Assembly: GCA_030158725.1 (NCBI GenBank) | Contig: JAOASJ010000119.1 | Coordinates: 10,439 to 74,438 of the forward strand | Source: Bacteroidia bacterium | GTDB taxonomy: Bacteria; Bacteroidota; Bacteroidia; NS11-12g; UBA955 | Direction of reading: 5' to 3' | Length of the DNA: 64,000 nucleotides | The notes under the pieces: model-generated | What the model was told of the DNA's origin: nothing | What the model saw: the letters and a program-made list of their open reading frames with translations, nothing else | Databases searched by the model: none | Translations under genes and position numbers: made by a program | In this document: piece by piece, positions 19,583 through 29,700 of the stretch | How the letters are laid out: the number at the start of each line of letters is the position of its first letter | Position numbering within the stretch: position 1 is the stretch's first letter

Positions 19583-20335
19583 TTAGAAAGCGTCCTGGTC
19601 GATAACGATTGGATCTTTCATTACTTTAGCTAATTCTTTTACAATCTCTTTTACAATTCTGTCAACAGCAAGTAAGTATTGGTCTGTGCCTTTATACCCT
19701 CTTGAATTGTTAGCATAGAATTCAATGTAAGTTTTGATTTGTTTTTCGGTGCCTTTTTCAACTGTGTTATGTACAAAGTTTGTGAACTTATACTTGTATT
19801 TGTCTTCTTTGACACGGATTTCGATTTTAAAAGTTAGTGTTCCAGCAGGTGTGTTAGAAAAACTATTGTTTTTAATGTAAAGAGGAATGGTTGGTCTAAT
19901 AACTATTCTGCCATTTTCACCATCGGGTTTTATATCTTCAATCAGCAGTTCTTTTGGGAAAAGAAGAGGCTTTCCAGTTTGGGCTCTGTAGTCCTTAATA
20001 TATCTTTTCATCAAGAAAAGCTTTGCACGTAAATATAAGGAGTCAATAGTACCACCATCGTATACGTCATTTGCCATAGGTGTAAATGGCACAACGCCCA
20101 TGTAAGTTACTAAATCTGTAATGGTGTCAATTGGCGCTTTGAAACGAACATATTTTTTATATGTAGGTGCTTGCATTTCATTGTTGCTTTCTGACATTGT
20201 AGTTTCACCACTGAATGAAGAATCCGTAAAGCTTGTTGAATCATAGTTGTAGCTAGATCCAAAAGGGTCACTTTCAGTTTGGGCCATTGCACTTAAAAAA
20301 GCACAAGTGAAAATCAATAATAATAACCTTTTCAT
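19583..20335 (-). CDS. Exported protein with DUF4468-like (TBP-fold) domain
   Basis: Signal peptide AMA|Q, Ser/Thr/Asp-rich linker, P.D..T..VTY..VV / LY.RAK / F.I.I.VKEDKYKY.FTNF.H. Confidence 0.55.
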   Translation of the reverse strand: MKRLLLLIFTCAFLSAMAQTESDPFGSSYNYDSTSFTDSSFSGETTMSESNNEMQAPTYKKYVRFKAPIDTITDLVTYMGVVPFTPMANDVYDGGTIDSLYLRAKLFLMKRYIKDYRAQTGKPLLFPKELLIEDIKPDGENGRIVIRPTIPLYIKNNSFSNTPAGTLTFKIEIRVKEDKYKYKFTNFVHNTVEKGTEKQIKTYIEFYANNSRGYKGTDQYLLAVDRIVKEIVKELAKVMKDPIVIDQDAF

Positions 20336-20398
20336 TTGTTCTGTAACGATAAATTAGATTTCTTATTACAAATAAGATACCATTTTTTTTATGAAGGG

Positions 20399-20406
20399 CA
20401 AATGTA
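20399..20406 (-). promoter_or_regulatory. -7 element (TACATTTG) for the DUF4468-like gene
   Basis: Exact consensus in the divergent intergenic region. Confidence 0.55.
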
Positions 20407-20449
20407 GTAAAACCATTGATTATTTTTAAATGTTTTTATTGACAAGCAT

Positions 20450-20457
20450 TATCTTTG
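20450..20457 (+). promoter_or_regulatory. -7 element (TATCTTTG) for the M1 peptidase
   Basis: Exact consensus 15 nt before ATG 20473. Confidence 0.7.
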
Positions 20458-20472
20458 TCAAATCTAGTATAA

Positions 20473-22344
20473 ATGAAGAAACTATCCAGCTTACTGCTTA
20501 TTATCGCCGTTTTATTTTTGGGTTCGTGTACCCATACTGAAATCAAACAGATGCCGCCACTTAAAGTATTTAACCATTCGTTCTCGAATTACGATTCTGT
20601 TAAGCTAAAGCATTTGTATTTAGACCTGAATGTTGATTTTACCAAAAAGGTTTTAGAAGGAAAAGTTGTTTTAGACATTGATAATTCAATGGGTTCAAAA
20701 TTTTTAATTTTAGATACTAAGCAATTAGTAATTGAAAAAGTACAATTAGAGGATTCAACCAATACACCATGGAGTTTAGGGAAAGAAGAGAAGTTTGTAG
20801 GCCAAGCATTGGTTATTGAAATTAGCAAAAAAACGCAGAGGGTAGCAGTTTATTACCATACAATTCCAGAGGCCGAAGCCCTTATGTGGTTAGATCCAGC
20901 TCAAACATCAGGTAAGCGAAATCCATTTTTGTTTACTCAAAGTCAAGCAATTTTAGCAAGAACATGGATTCCATGCATGGACGCACCTGCTGTAAGATTT
21001 ACTTATAATGCTAAAATAACTTGTGACTCAAAATATATGGCCTTAATGAGTGCAAGTAATCCTCAGCATAAGACTAAAGATGGGGTATATACATTTGAAA
21101 TGGACAAACCAATTCCTAGCTATTTAATGGCATTGGCTGTAGGAGATATTGAGTTTAAGTCGCTCGGAGATAATTGCGGTGTTTATGCGGAGCCAGGAAT
21201 GTTAGAAAAGTCTGCCAATGAATTTACAGCCTTGCCATCTATGATAAGTAGTGCAAGTGAATTGTATGGTGAATATGCTTGGGGTCGTTATGATATATTA
21301 GTTTTACCTCCAAGTTTTCCTTTTGGTGGAATGGAGAATCCCCGTTTAACTTTTGCAACACCAACGATTATTGCCGGTGATAAAAGTTTGGTTTCTTTGG
21401 TCGCTCACGAGTTGGCCCATAGCTGGAGTGGAAATTTGGTGACCAATAATACTTGGGATGATTTTTGGCTTAATGAAGGCTTTACAGTTTATTTTGAGGA
21501 ACGCATTATGGAAAAGATTTATGGAAAAGACTATGCAGATATGCTTTCAACCATAAGTTTAGGGGAATTAAAAATGACTTTAAAAGATCTAATGGTCAAT
21601 GCACCTGGTGATACCAAGTTAAAATTAAATTTAAAAGGAAGAAATCCAGATGATGGGGTTAGTGATATTGCCTATATTAAAGGATGCATGTTTTTAAAAT
21701 TGTTAGAAGCGAAAGTTGGTCGTCAGAAGTGGGATCAATTTTTAAATAAATATTTTAATACTTACATGTGGAAGACAGTTAACACTGAGGAATTCATCAA
21801 GTATTTAAATGAGAATTTATTGGCACAAAATCCTGGTGTAAAAATCAATTTGAATGAGTGGATTTATGATGTTGGATTGCCGAAGGATTGTCCAAATATA
21901 GTAAGTCAAAATTTGAATAAAGTTGAAGCATTTGCTGAGAAAGTTAATTTAAGTAAAAGTTTAAAAGGATTTGATACCACAGGGTTTACCACCCATCATT
22001 GGTTGCATTTTTTCAGGAATCTAGAAGCTGATTCTGTAAAAGGATTAATGGAACAATTAGACACAAGCTACCATTTGTCTCAAAGCACAAATAGTGAAAT
22101 TCAATGTGATTGGTATTTGTTGTGCATTGAGAATAATTATTCGAAAGCAAATCCATTTATAGAGAACTATCTTTTAAATGTTGGAAGGAGAAAATTCTTG
22201 AAACCTTTATATGAAGCTTTTGCAAAAACACCTGAGGGATTAAAAATGGGTCGTGCTATTTTTGAGAAGGCAGAAAGTTCTTACCATGCAGTTTCTAGAA
22301 ATACAATAAAGGAAATACTTCACATCGAAGCAGAAGTAGAATAA
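20473..22344 (+). CDS. M1-family aminopeptidase (leukotriene-A4-hydrolase-like), lipoprotein
   Basis: Lipobox LGSC, GGMEN, HELAH-x18-E (WLNEGF), AYIKG, GRRKF..PLY. Confidence 0.93.
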   Translation: MKKLSSLLLIIAVLFLGSCTHTEIKQMPPLKVFNHSFSNYDSVKLKHLYLDLNVDFTKKVLEGKVVLDIDNSMGSKFLILDTKQLVIEKVQLEDSTNTPWSLGKEEKFVGQALVIEISKKTQRVAVYYHTIPEAEALMWLDPAQTSGKRNPFLFTQSQAILARTWIPCMDAPAVRFTYNAKITCDSKYMALMSASNPQHKTKDGVYTFEMDKPIPSYLMALAVGDIEFKSLGDNCGVYAEPGMLEKSANEFTALPSMISSASELYGEYAWGRYDILVLPPSFPFGGMENPRLTFATPTIIAGDKSLVSLVAHELAHSWSGNLVTNNTWDDFWLNEGFTVYFEERIMEKIYGKDYADMLSTISLGELKMTLKDLMVNAPGDTKLKLNLKGRNPDDGVSDIAYIKGCMFLKLLEAKVGRQKWDQFLNKYFNTYMWKTVNTEEFIKYLNENLLAQNPGVKINLNEWIYDVGLPKDCPNIVSQNLNKVEAFAEKVNLSKSLKGFDTTGFTTHHWLHFFRNLEADSVKGLMEQLDTSYHLSQSTNSEIQCDWYLLCIENNYSKANPFIENYLLNVGRRKFLKPLYEAFAKTPEGLKMGRAIFEKAESSYHAVSRNTIKEILHIEAEVE

Positions 22345-22382
22345 CTTACATAAGAAATTTAAGACTATTGCGTTTTGTTTAT

Positions 22383-24638
22383 ATGAAACTTAAAATTGTA
22401 TTTTTATTATTTTCGTTTTTAAGTTTTGGCCTTCATGCACAATATGATGAAAATACCAAGTTAAGAGCATTGTATGAGAAGGCACTTTATACAGAATGTA
22501 TAGAAAAATCAAATGAGTATTTAGAACGTGATAGGGAGGAATTGTATCCTTATTTTTGGCAACTAAAGTCTTATTTGGCTATCCATTTTTCCAAGTTTCA
22601 TGAGAAACAAAAAACCGCATTAGATAAGGCTTTAAGCCTTGCAGTTAAGATTAACAAAAAAGATAAGAATTCATTTTTTAAAGAGAAGTATCCAGAAGTA
22701 TTTGAAACACTCGAAGTTGAGTGCTTAAAAGCTGCAGAATCCTATTGTGCGGAGCAGTTTGAAAAGTCAGATAAGATTTATATTAAATTAAACGAAGTTG
22801 ATTATAAGCCTTCTATTTTATTCGCTAGGTATACCTGTTGGGAGTTTAATAAGCAAGCAGAATCAATAGTATTGTTGGAACAGCTTGTGGATAGGAATTA
22901 CAATGATTTTAAAGAAGGCAAGAAATCATCTATTGAGAATGAGAAATATCACGTTGAATTGTTGAACCGGTATTTTTCTCAGGGGCTTTCATGGAAGATG
23001 AAACAAATGTTAAGGAAGACCAAGGAGATTTATCCAAAATCTGAAACTACGTATTTGGCTTTGGTACAAGGATATGAAAGTATATTCTCCGTATTAAATT
23101 TCGAGTCGGATTTGAAGGATTTATTGAAGTATAGAAAGGACTTAAATTCAATTGATAGTATTTTTCCAGCATTTACAATTCATGGCTTGCATAAAAGGGT
23201 TGATTACTTAATTGCTAATAAGTATTTGACAATGTCTGAAACTGATCAAATGATAGATGCGTACAAATCATTAAAAGAGTATTTGAATGCGTTTCAAGCC
23301 GAGGTAAGGTTGGATTCATGTAAAAGACTTTTCTTGAAGTACTTAGTAAGAAACAAGGTAAGGCAAAATATTAATTACAAAAAAGTCTTTACGTATTGGA
23401 CAGACTTAAGTAAATTTTATCAAAAGTTAAGTTACTTAGAGGCAGTAAAGTATAATGAGAGTTTTTTGCAAAAGGAAAATGAATTGCATTTGGCCATGTT
23501 GTATATTAATTATTGCATTACCGCTTTCCCTCAAGATAAACTGGCCCTTACTCAAATTAAGAAAAATTTAGATGGCTTATTAATTGCAAATCTAAAGAGT
23601 GGAGAAACCAAAAAAGATTTAAATGAGATTATAGAGATTAGCGACAACACACAAGTTAAAAATATTCTTTTAGAGGAGGACTTGAAATTAATGTCAAGTA
23701 TGCTCACTCGAAAGCAATATTCAAGCCTTTCACGCCTTCTAAGCAAAGACCTTCTATTGTTTCCACAACATCCTAAATTATTAGCAATGAAAAAGCAATT
23801 AATAATAAGTGATTATAAAAATCAGATGGAACGGTATAAAAATGCAGATGAGAATTTGTATTTTTTACAAATGCCAGATGCTTCGAAATGCTTTCCAGGA
23901 TTACTAAACAATTTAGGCAATTTGGCCGTTATAACTCAAATTAATTATGTGAGAAGATTGGCAGGGATATTCGACTCATGTATTTTGAATCCATCTTATG
24001 CAGCAGCTTGTCAGCAAGCGGCTTTAATGATGGAAGCAAATGATGCATTAAATCACCATCCTCCACGCAATTGGAAGTGTTATAAGCACGAAGCTTCCGT
24101 GGAAGCAGGGAATAGTAATTTGTCATTGGGATATGGCTTTAATCGAGCTTTAATGGGGCAAGTTACCGACAATGGTGCAAGTAATGGAGCTTGTGGTCAT
24201 AGACGTTGGATTTTAAATCCGTATAACTCTGTGTTTGGCTTAGGAAGTACTTTGGACGCTATGTGTTTAAAGGTTTTTTCTACAGAAGATAATTCTGTCT
24301 CAGGAAAAAATAGCTTTAATAATTTTAATGATAGTCAATTTGTTGCTTGGCCTTCTGCAGACTATTTTCCATTGCAAATTGCACCAAATCGTTGGAGTTT
24401 TTCGTTAGATGGAGCCGACTTTAAAAGTGCTAATATAAGTGTAACTTGTAATGGGGTTCCTTTGCGTGTAAGCATAGAAAAACAAGAGCAAGGTTATGCG
24501 TTAAATACAATAGTGTGGACCTTTGACAAGATACCAGTAAAAGATCAAGTCTATCAAGTAAAAGTGAGCAATGTCTATAACAAAAACAAAGAAAAGAAGT
24601 CCTTTTCCTACAAAGTTGTATTCGTAGATATAAAATAA
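22383..24638 (+). CDS. Exported protein: long alpha-helical N-terminal region plus CAP (SCP/PR-1) domain and beta-rich tail
   Basis: Signal peptide LHA|Q; INYVRRLAG, CQQAA.MM, LNH.PP, SNL, GHRRWILNP..SVFGLG. Start moved to ATG 22383. Confidence 0.75.
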   Translation: MKLKIVFLLFSFLSFGLHAQYDENTKLRALYEKALYTECIEKSNEYLERDREELYPYFWQLKSYLAIHFSKFHEKQKTALDKALSLAVKINKKDKNSFFKEKYPEVFETLEVECLKAAESYCAEQFEKSDKIYIKLNEVDYKPSILFARYTCWEFNKQAESIVLLEQLVDRNYNDFKEGKKSSIENEKYHVELLNRYFSQGLSWKMKQMLRKTKEIYPKSETTYLALVQGYESIFSVLNFESDLKDLLKYRKDLNSIDSIFPAFTIHGLHKRVDYLIANKYLTMSETDQMIDAYKSLKEYLNAFQAEVRLDSCKRLFLKYLVRNKVRQNINYKKVFTYWTDLSKFYQKLSYLEAVKYNESFLQKENELHLAMLYINYCITAFPQDKLALTQIKKNLDGLLIANLKSGETKKDLNEIIEISDNTQVKNILLEEDLKLMSSMLTRKQYSSLSRLLSKDLLLFPQHPKLLAMKKQLIISDYKNQMERYKNADENLYFLQMPDASKCFPGLLNNLGNLAVITQINYVRRLAGIFDSCILNPSYAAACQQAALMMEANDALNHHPPRNWKCYKHEASVEAGNSNLSLGYGFNRALMGQVTDNGASNGACGHRRWILNPYNSVFGLGSTLDAMCLKVFSTEDNSVSGKNSFNNFNDSQFVAWPSADYFPLQIAPNRWSFSLDGADFKSANISVTCNGVPLRVSIEKQEQGYALNTIVWTFDKIPVKDQVYQVKVSNVYNKNKEKKSFSYKVVFVDIK

Positions 24639-26039
24639 TTACTTCAATTCTAGAAGTGCTACCGATTCCACATGGTGGGTGTGGGGAAACATGTCTACAG
24701 TCTGTATTTTTAGGACGTTATATTTTTCTGAAAGCAATGCAATATCTCTAGCTTGGGTTGCAGTGTTGCAGCTAACGTAAACTATTCTTTTAGGAGCTAA
24801 TTCGTTTAGTTTTTCAACAACACCTGGATGCATGCCATCTCTTGGTGGGTCGGTAATAACCACATCAGGTTTGCCGTGTCTTGATATTAATTCATCATTT
24901 AATACCAATTTCATGTCGCCTGCGTAAAAATGGGTATTTTCAATTTTATTTAAAATAGCATTTTCTTTAGCATCGACAATAGCTGCTTCTACATATTCAA
25001 TACCGATGACTTGTTTGGCTTTCTTTGCCACAAACTGTGCAATGCTGCCGGTTCCAGTATATAAATCGTAAACATTTTCAGTGCCACTTAAAGAGGCGAA
25101 TTCACGGGTGATTTTATAAAGTTCTAATGCTTGTTTCGCATTGGTTTGGAAAAAAGATTGTGGTCTAATTTTAAAAGTCAAATCTTCCATTTTCTCACTT
25201 AAATATCCATTTCCTTTATGGGTTTGAACATTTAAATCGCTCCAAGTATCATTCTTTTTAGTGTTTATAACGTAGCACCATTCTTCTATTTCTGTTAATA
25301 TTGGAATGAGTTTGTCAAACATGTTTGTCACCAATTTTGGTTTCTCTTCTCCAACAACTAGAACAACCATCCATTTGCCTTCACTATTGCATCTCATCAT
25401 TAGGTTTCTTAAGAAACCATCTTGCTGTCTGATGTCAAAAAAGCTTAAATCATTTTCTATTGCATATTGTTTGAAGGTATCCTTAATCTTATTGGCATAC
25501 TCTGGAGCTAGATAACAAGCATTTAAGTCAAGAACTTTGTCGAACATACCGGGAATGTGAAATCCAAGTGCCGGGATTCTGCCAGGATTTGATTTGTCAA
25601 AATGCTCTTCCCAGGCTTTGTTGCTAAATGTGAACTCTAGTTTATTTCGGTAGTGAAAAACCTCTTTACTACCAAGAATTGGAAGGTATTGACCAACTTC
25701 AACTTTGGCAATTCTTTGCATGTCATCTTTAACTTGCGTTTCTTTAAAACCAAGTTGAGCGGCATAATCCACGTGTTGCCATTTGCAACCACCACAAATT
25801 CCAAAATGAGAACATAGAGCTTCGGTTCTAAGTGGAGATGCAGTATGTAGTTTTTGAATTCGACCTTCAGCGTAAGATTTTTTCTGTTTTTGAACCATTA
25901 CATCTGCAACATCACCTGGAGCAGAGAAGGGTATGAATATTACTTTTCCATCGTGTCTTGCAATTGATTTACCTTCTGCTGCTGCAGTTTCAATTTCAAG
26001 ATTTTCGATTAAATACGGTTTTTGGGTTCTTTTTGACAA
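24639..26039 (-). CDS. rlmD: 23S rRNA (uracil-5)-methyltransferase RlmD
   Basis: TRAM domain, C.HFGICGGC.WQ Fe-S motif, SFFQTN, DLYTGTG, DPPRDG, YVSCN; TTG start. Confidence 0.93.
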   Translation of the reverse strand: MSKRTQKPYLIENLEIETAAAEGKSIARHDGKVIFIPFSAPGDVADVMVQKQKKSYAEGRIQKLHTASPLRTEALCSHFGICGGCKWQHVDYAAQLGFKETQVKDDMQRIAKVEVGQYLPILGSKEVFHYRNKLEFTFSNKAWEEHFDKSNPGRIPALGFHIPGMFDKVLDLNACYLAPEYANKIKDTFKQYAIENDLSFFDIRQQDGFLRNLMMRCNSEGKWMVVLVVGEEKPKLVTNMFDKLIPILTEIEEWCYVINTKKNDTWSDLNVQTHKGNGYLSEKMEDLTFKIRPQSFFQTNAKQALELYKITREFASLSGTENVYDLYTGTGSIAQFVAKKAKQVIGIEYVEAAIVDAKENAILNKIENTHFYAGDMKLVLNDELISRHGKPDVVITDPPRDGMHPGVVEKLNELAPKRIVYVSCNTATQARDIALLSEKYNVLKIQTVDMFPHTHHVESVALLELK

Positions 26040-26050
26040 TGTTGTGATGC

Positions 26051-26581
26051 TTATTCTTGAATATATTTGTTCATCACACCGTTAAAAGTTGTGGTATCTA
26101 GGTAGCCTGTATAAGGAGCAATTGAGGCATTATCTGATAATGTTTTCCATACGTAAGTCATAGGATAACCTGGGACTCTTCCACCTTTATTTAGGTAGCC
26201 AACTAATTGATCTGAGCTCATGGTTTCACCATTTACAACATGTTTGCCATTTACTTCAGGATTGAATTTTACAGCAACAAAATTCTTGTTCATTTTTTTG
26301 ATGATAGCTGCATTGCCATAGGTCTGTTGATCCATCACTTTACACCAGTAGCACCAATCGGTATACACATCTACCACTATCATTTTGTTTTCTTTTTTTG
26401 CTTTTGCAAAACCCTCGGTCATACTATACCAAATGATTTTATTTTTTGCAGTCTGTGCGGTTGTGGCAGTTGGCTTTTTAACAGCCTTTTTTTTAGGACT
26501 AGATTGGTTAATAAAAGCCACACTAGCAAAACCAATTATTAATAAAGCTATAAAGCTTATTCTTGTTAAATGATGTTTCAT
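26051..26581 (-). CDS. Exported thioredoxin-fold protein (DUF255/Thioredoxin_7-like), CYWC active site
   Basis: A.A.AKKENK.I.VDVYTDWCYWCKVMD..TY, cis-Pro GYP; N-terminal hydrophobic stretch. Start moved to ATG 26581 because the -7 element overlaps the track start. Confidence 0.85.
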   Translation of the reverse strand: MKHHLTRISFIALLIIGFASVAFINQSSPKKKAVKKPTATTAQTAKNKIIWYSMTEGFAKAKKENKMIVVDVYTDWCYWCKVMDQQTYGNAAIIKKMNKNFVAVKFNPEVNGKHVVNGETMSSDQLVGYLNKGGRVPGYPMTYVWKTLSDNASIAPYTGYLDTTTFNGVMNKYIQE

Positions 26582-26602
26582 GATATTAAATACTAAATCA
26601 TA

Positions 26603-26610
26603 CAAATGTA
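26603..26610 (-). promoter_or_regulatory. -7 element (TACATTTG) for thioredoxin-rlmD
   Basis: Exact consensus 21 nt before ATG 26581. Confidence 0.65.
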
Positions 26611-26693
26611 ATCAAAAATGAAGCCAAAAAAAACAGTGTCAAAAATTTGTTATTTTTTACATTCTTATGGCAAGAAATCTTGCTACAAATCGT

Positions 26694-26701
26694 TATTTTT
26701 G
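26694..26701 (+). promoter_or_regulatory. -7 element (TATTTTTG) for DUF4175-tsaB
   Basis: Exact consensus 14 nt before TTG 26716. Confidence 0.6.
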
Positions 26702-26715
26702 TCTGAATACAATTA

Positions 26716-29700
26716 TTGTTTTTGAGCAAGGAGAATAAAAATATATTAGAAGCTAAGTTAGATGAATACATTCAAAAGTATTACGTCAATCAGTCTATTA
26801 GAGGATTTTTGTTAGGTCTTGCTTTAGTCTTGCTATATGTTTTGCTCGCCCTAATGCTAGAATTCTTCGGGCATTTTGGCAGTATGGTTCGACTTGTTTT
26901 GTTTTATGTTTTTATCTTCCTTACAGTTTTTGTTGTTTCAGTATCGGTTATAATACCAATTTTAAGGCGTTATAAAATATTGAAATCACTTTCGAGGAAA
27001 GAGGCCTCCAGTATGATAGGGGACTATTTTCCGGAAATAAAGGACAAGCTCTTAAATACACTTCAGTTGCAAGATCAGAATGAAAAGTTTGACAATGAAT
27101 TATTAATTGCAAGTATTCAACAACGAATAGAGAAGTTAAAACCCTTTGCATTTTCAACTGCAATAAATTTGACTGATTCAGCTAAAAAGTACGGAAGATA
27201 TACTCTATTGCCATTGTTGGTGTTTTTGTTTATTCTAATATTTCAGAGTAGTATGATTACCAAACCTGCTAAAAGAATAATTAGCTATAATCAGCAGTTT
27301 GCTAAAGAAGCGCCTTTTGAATTTGTGCTTAAAAACAAAAATCTAAATCTTGTAAAGAATTCAGATTGTGAATTGGAAGTGGAATTAAAGGGCAAACAAA
27401 TACCTGCTATGTTATATGTTAGCATAGATGGGCATTTGATTAAAATGGAGCAAAAGTCTAAAACGATTTTTTCTCATACCTTATATAATCTTAGCGCTTC
27501 TCACCAGATTGTTTTTACGGATGGCGAGTTTGAGTCAATTCAATACAATTTAAATGTATTACCTAAACCAAATTTGAATTCATTTGAGTTAAAATTGAAA
27601 TACCCTTCTTATATTAATAAAAAGGATGAGGCAATTAAAAATATTGGAGATATTACGATACCTGAGGGCACTAAAATCGAATGGATTTTTGAAGCTGTTG
27701 ATGCAGATTTAATTCACTTCAACATTGCGGATAAGAATTTCAAAATAGAACCAAGCAATAAGCAGTTCTTGTTTAATTATACAGCCCATAAGACCTGTAA
27801 TTACAATTTAGTGCTTGAGAACAAGTACATTAATGAGCACGATACAATTAAATACTCTTTGCAAGTTGTACCGGACAGGTATCCAGGTATTGTTGCTGAG
27901 CAAACCATAGATTCAATAAATCCTTTTAAATATTATTTTTATGGTAAATTGGATGATGATTATGGGTTAAGTAAACTACAGTTCGTTTACAAAGGCGCTG
28001 ATGGCATATTAAAATACTTACCCGTTAATGTGGGCAAAAGCACGGATGAGATTTTTTATTACATGATAGATTTGACCCAGTTCAAAAGTGCTGAAAGTTC
28101 TGCTTTTGAATATTACTTTGAAGTTTGGGACAATGATGCAGTGAATGGCAGGAAATCGAGTAAAAGTCAAGTTTTCAAAGTCCAAACGCCAAGTGAAAAG
28201 GAACTAAGGGCAGATGCAGAAAATAGCAGCAGTTCAGTTAAGTCAAAATTAAATGAGACCATGCGCGAGATTCAAAGTTTGCAAAAGAAAAGCACTGAAT
28301 TGAGCAAAGATTTAATGGATAAGACAGAATTGGATTGGGAACAAGAGCAGAAAATAAAAGACTTCATTAATGAGCAAAAAAAGCTTGAGCAAAAGCTAGA
28401 AAATATTAAAAGCGAGAATCTTAAGAACAATGAAAAACAGAAGCAATTAAGCCCACTTGACCAAGAATTATTGGACAAGCAAAAGGAATTAGACAAATTG
28501 TTTAATGAGATCTTAACGCCTGAAATGAAGGCTTTATTGAAGAAATTAGAAGAATCACTTAAGCAACAAAATAAGGATGCAGTGCAGCAACAACTTGAAA
28601 AAATGAATCAGAGCAATGATGAAATGAAAAAACAAGTTGACCGAGCTTTAGAGCAGTTCAAACAAATGGAGCTTGAGAAAAGGATTAATGAGCATGCAAA
28701 TGCGTTAGAGAAGTTAGCACAAGAGCAAAAGGATTTGGCTAAGAAAACGGAAGAGAAGTCGCTTTCGAAAGAGGAATTAGCAAAAGAGCAAGATGCCTTA
28801 AATAAGAAGTTTGAAGAACTCAAAAAAGACATCGAAAAAACAGATGAGAAAAACAAATCTTTAGAAACTCCAATGGAGCTTGAAGATACCAAAGAAGAGC
28901 AACAATCAATTCAAGAAAATTTGAATGAGAGTTCAGAAAGTATAGATAAAAAGCAAAATAAGAAAGCCGCAGAGTCACAAAAGAAATCGGCGGATGAAAT
29001 GGAGAAATTGGCAGAGAAGATGAAAAAGTCTCTTGAACAATCAAAAGAAGAACAAGCGCAAGAAGACTATTATACCTTAAGGCAGATATTAGAAAACCTG
29101 ATTGAATTAAGTGTACAACAAGAGTCGCTAATGTCAAGGATGAAGGATATGCAATCGTACAATCCGAAGTATGTCGAATTAAGTTCACTTCAACAAAAAT
29201 TGAAGGAAAATGCTAAAATGGTAGAAGATTCATTGTTGGCTTTGAGTAAAAGACAAATTCATATCAAGAGTTTTGTAAACAAAGAGATTGGGAATATTAA
29301 TTACAATATGGATGCAGCTATTGAATATTTTGGAAAAGTTCAAATCCAAGGCGGTACTTCAAGGCAGCAATATGTAATGACTGGTTTAAATAATTTGGCT
29401 GTTATGTTGAGTGAATCATTGAAGCAAATGCAAGAGAACATGAATGAGAAGAAAGAGCAGAAAAAAGGTCAATGTAAGAATCCTGGTAAGAAGCCAGGTA
29501 AGCCTGGGCAATCAGGTAAACCTAAAATGAGCGGAATGAAGCAAATGCAAGATGAGATTAACAAGCAATTGCAGGAGATGAAGAATGGAAAACAGCAAGG
29601 TAAAAATCCAGGCACAGAGCAATTTGCTAAGTTGGCGGCACAACAAGAAGCATTAAGAAGAGAAATTGAACGTTTGCAAAAAATGTTAAAGGATGAAGGT

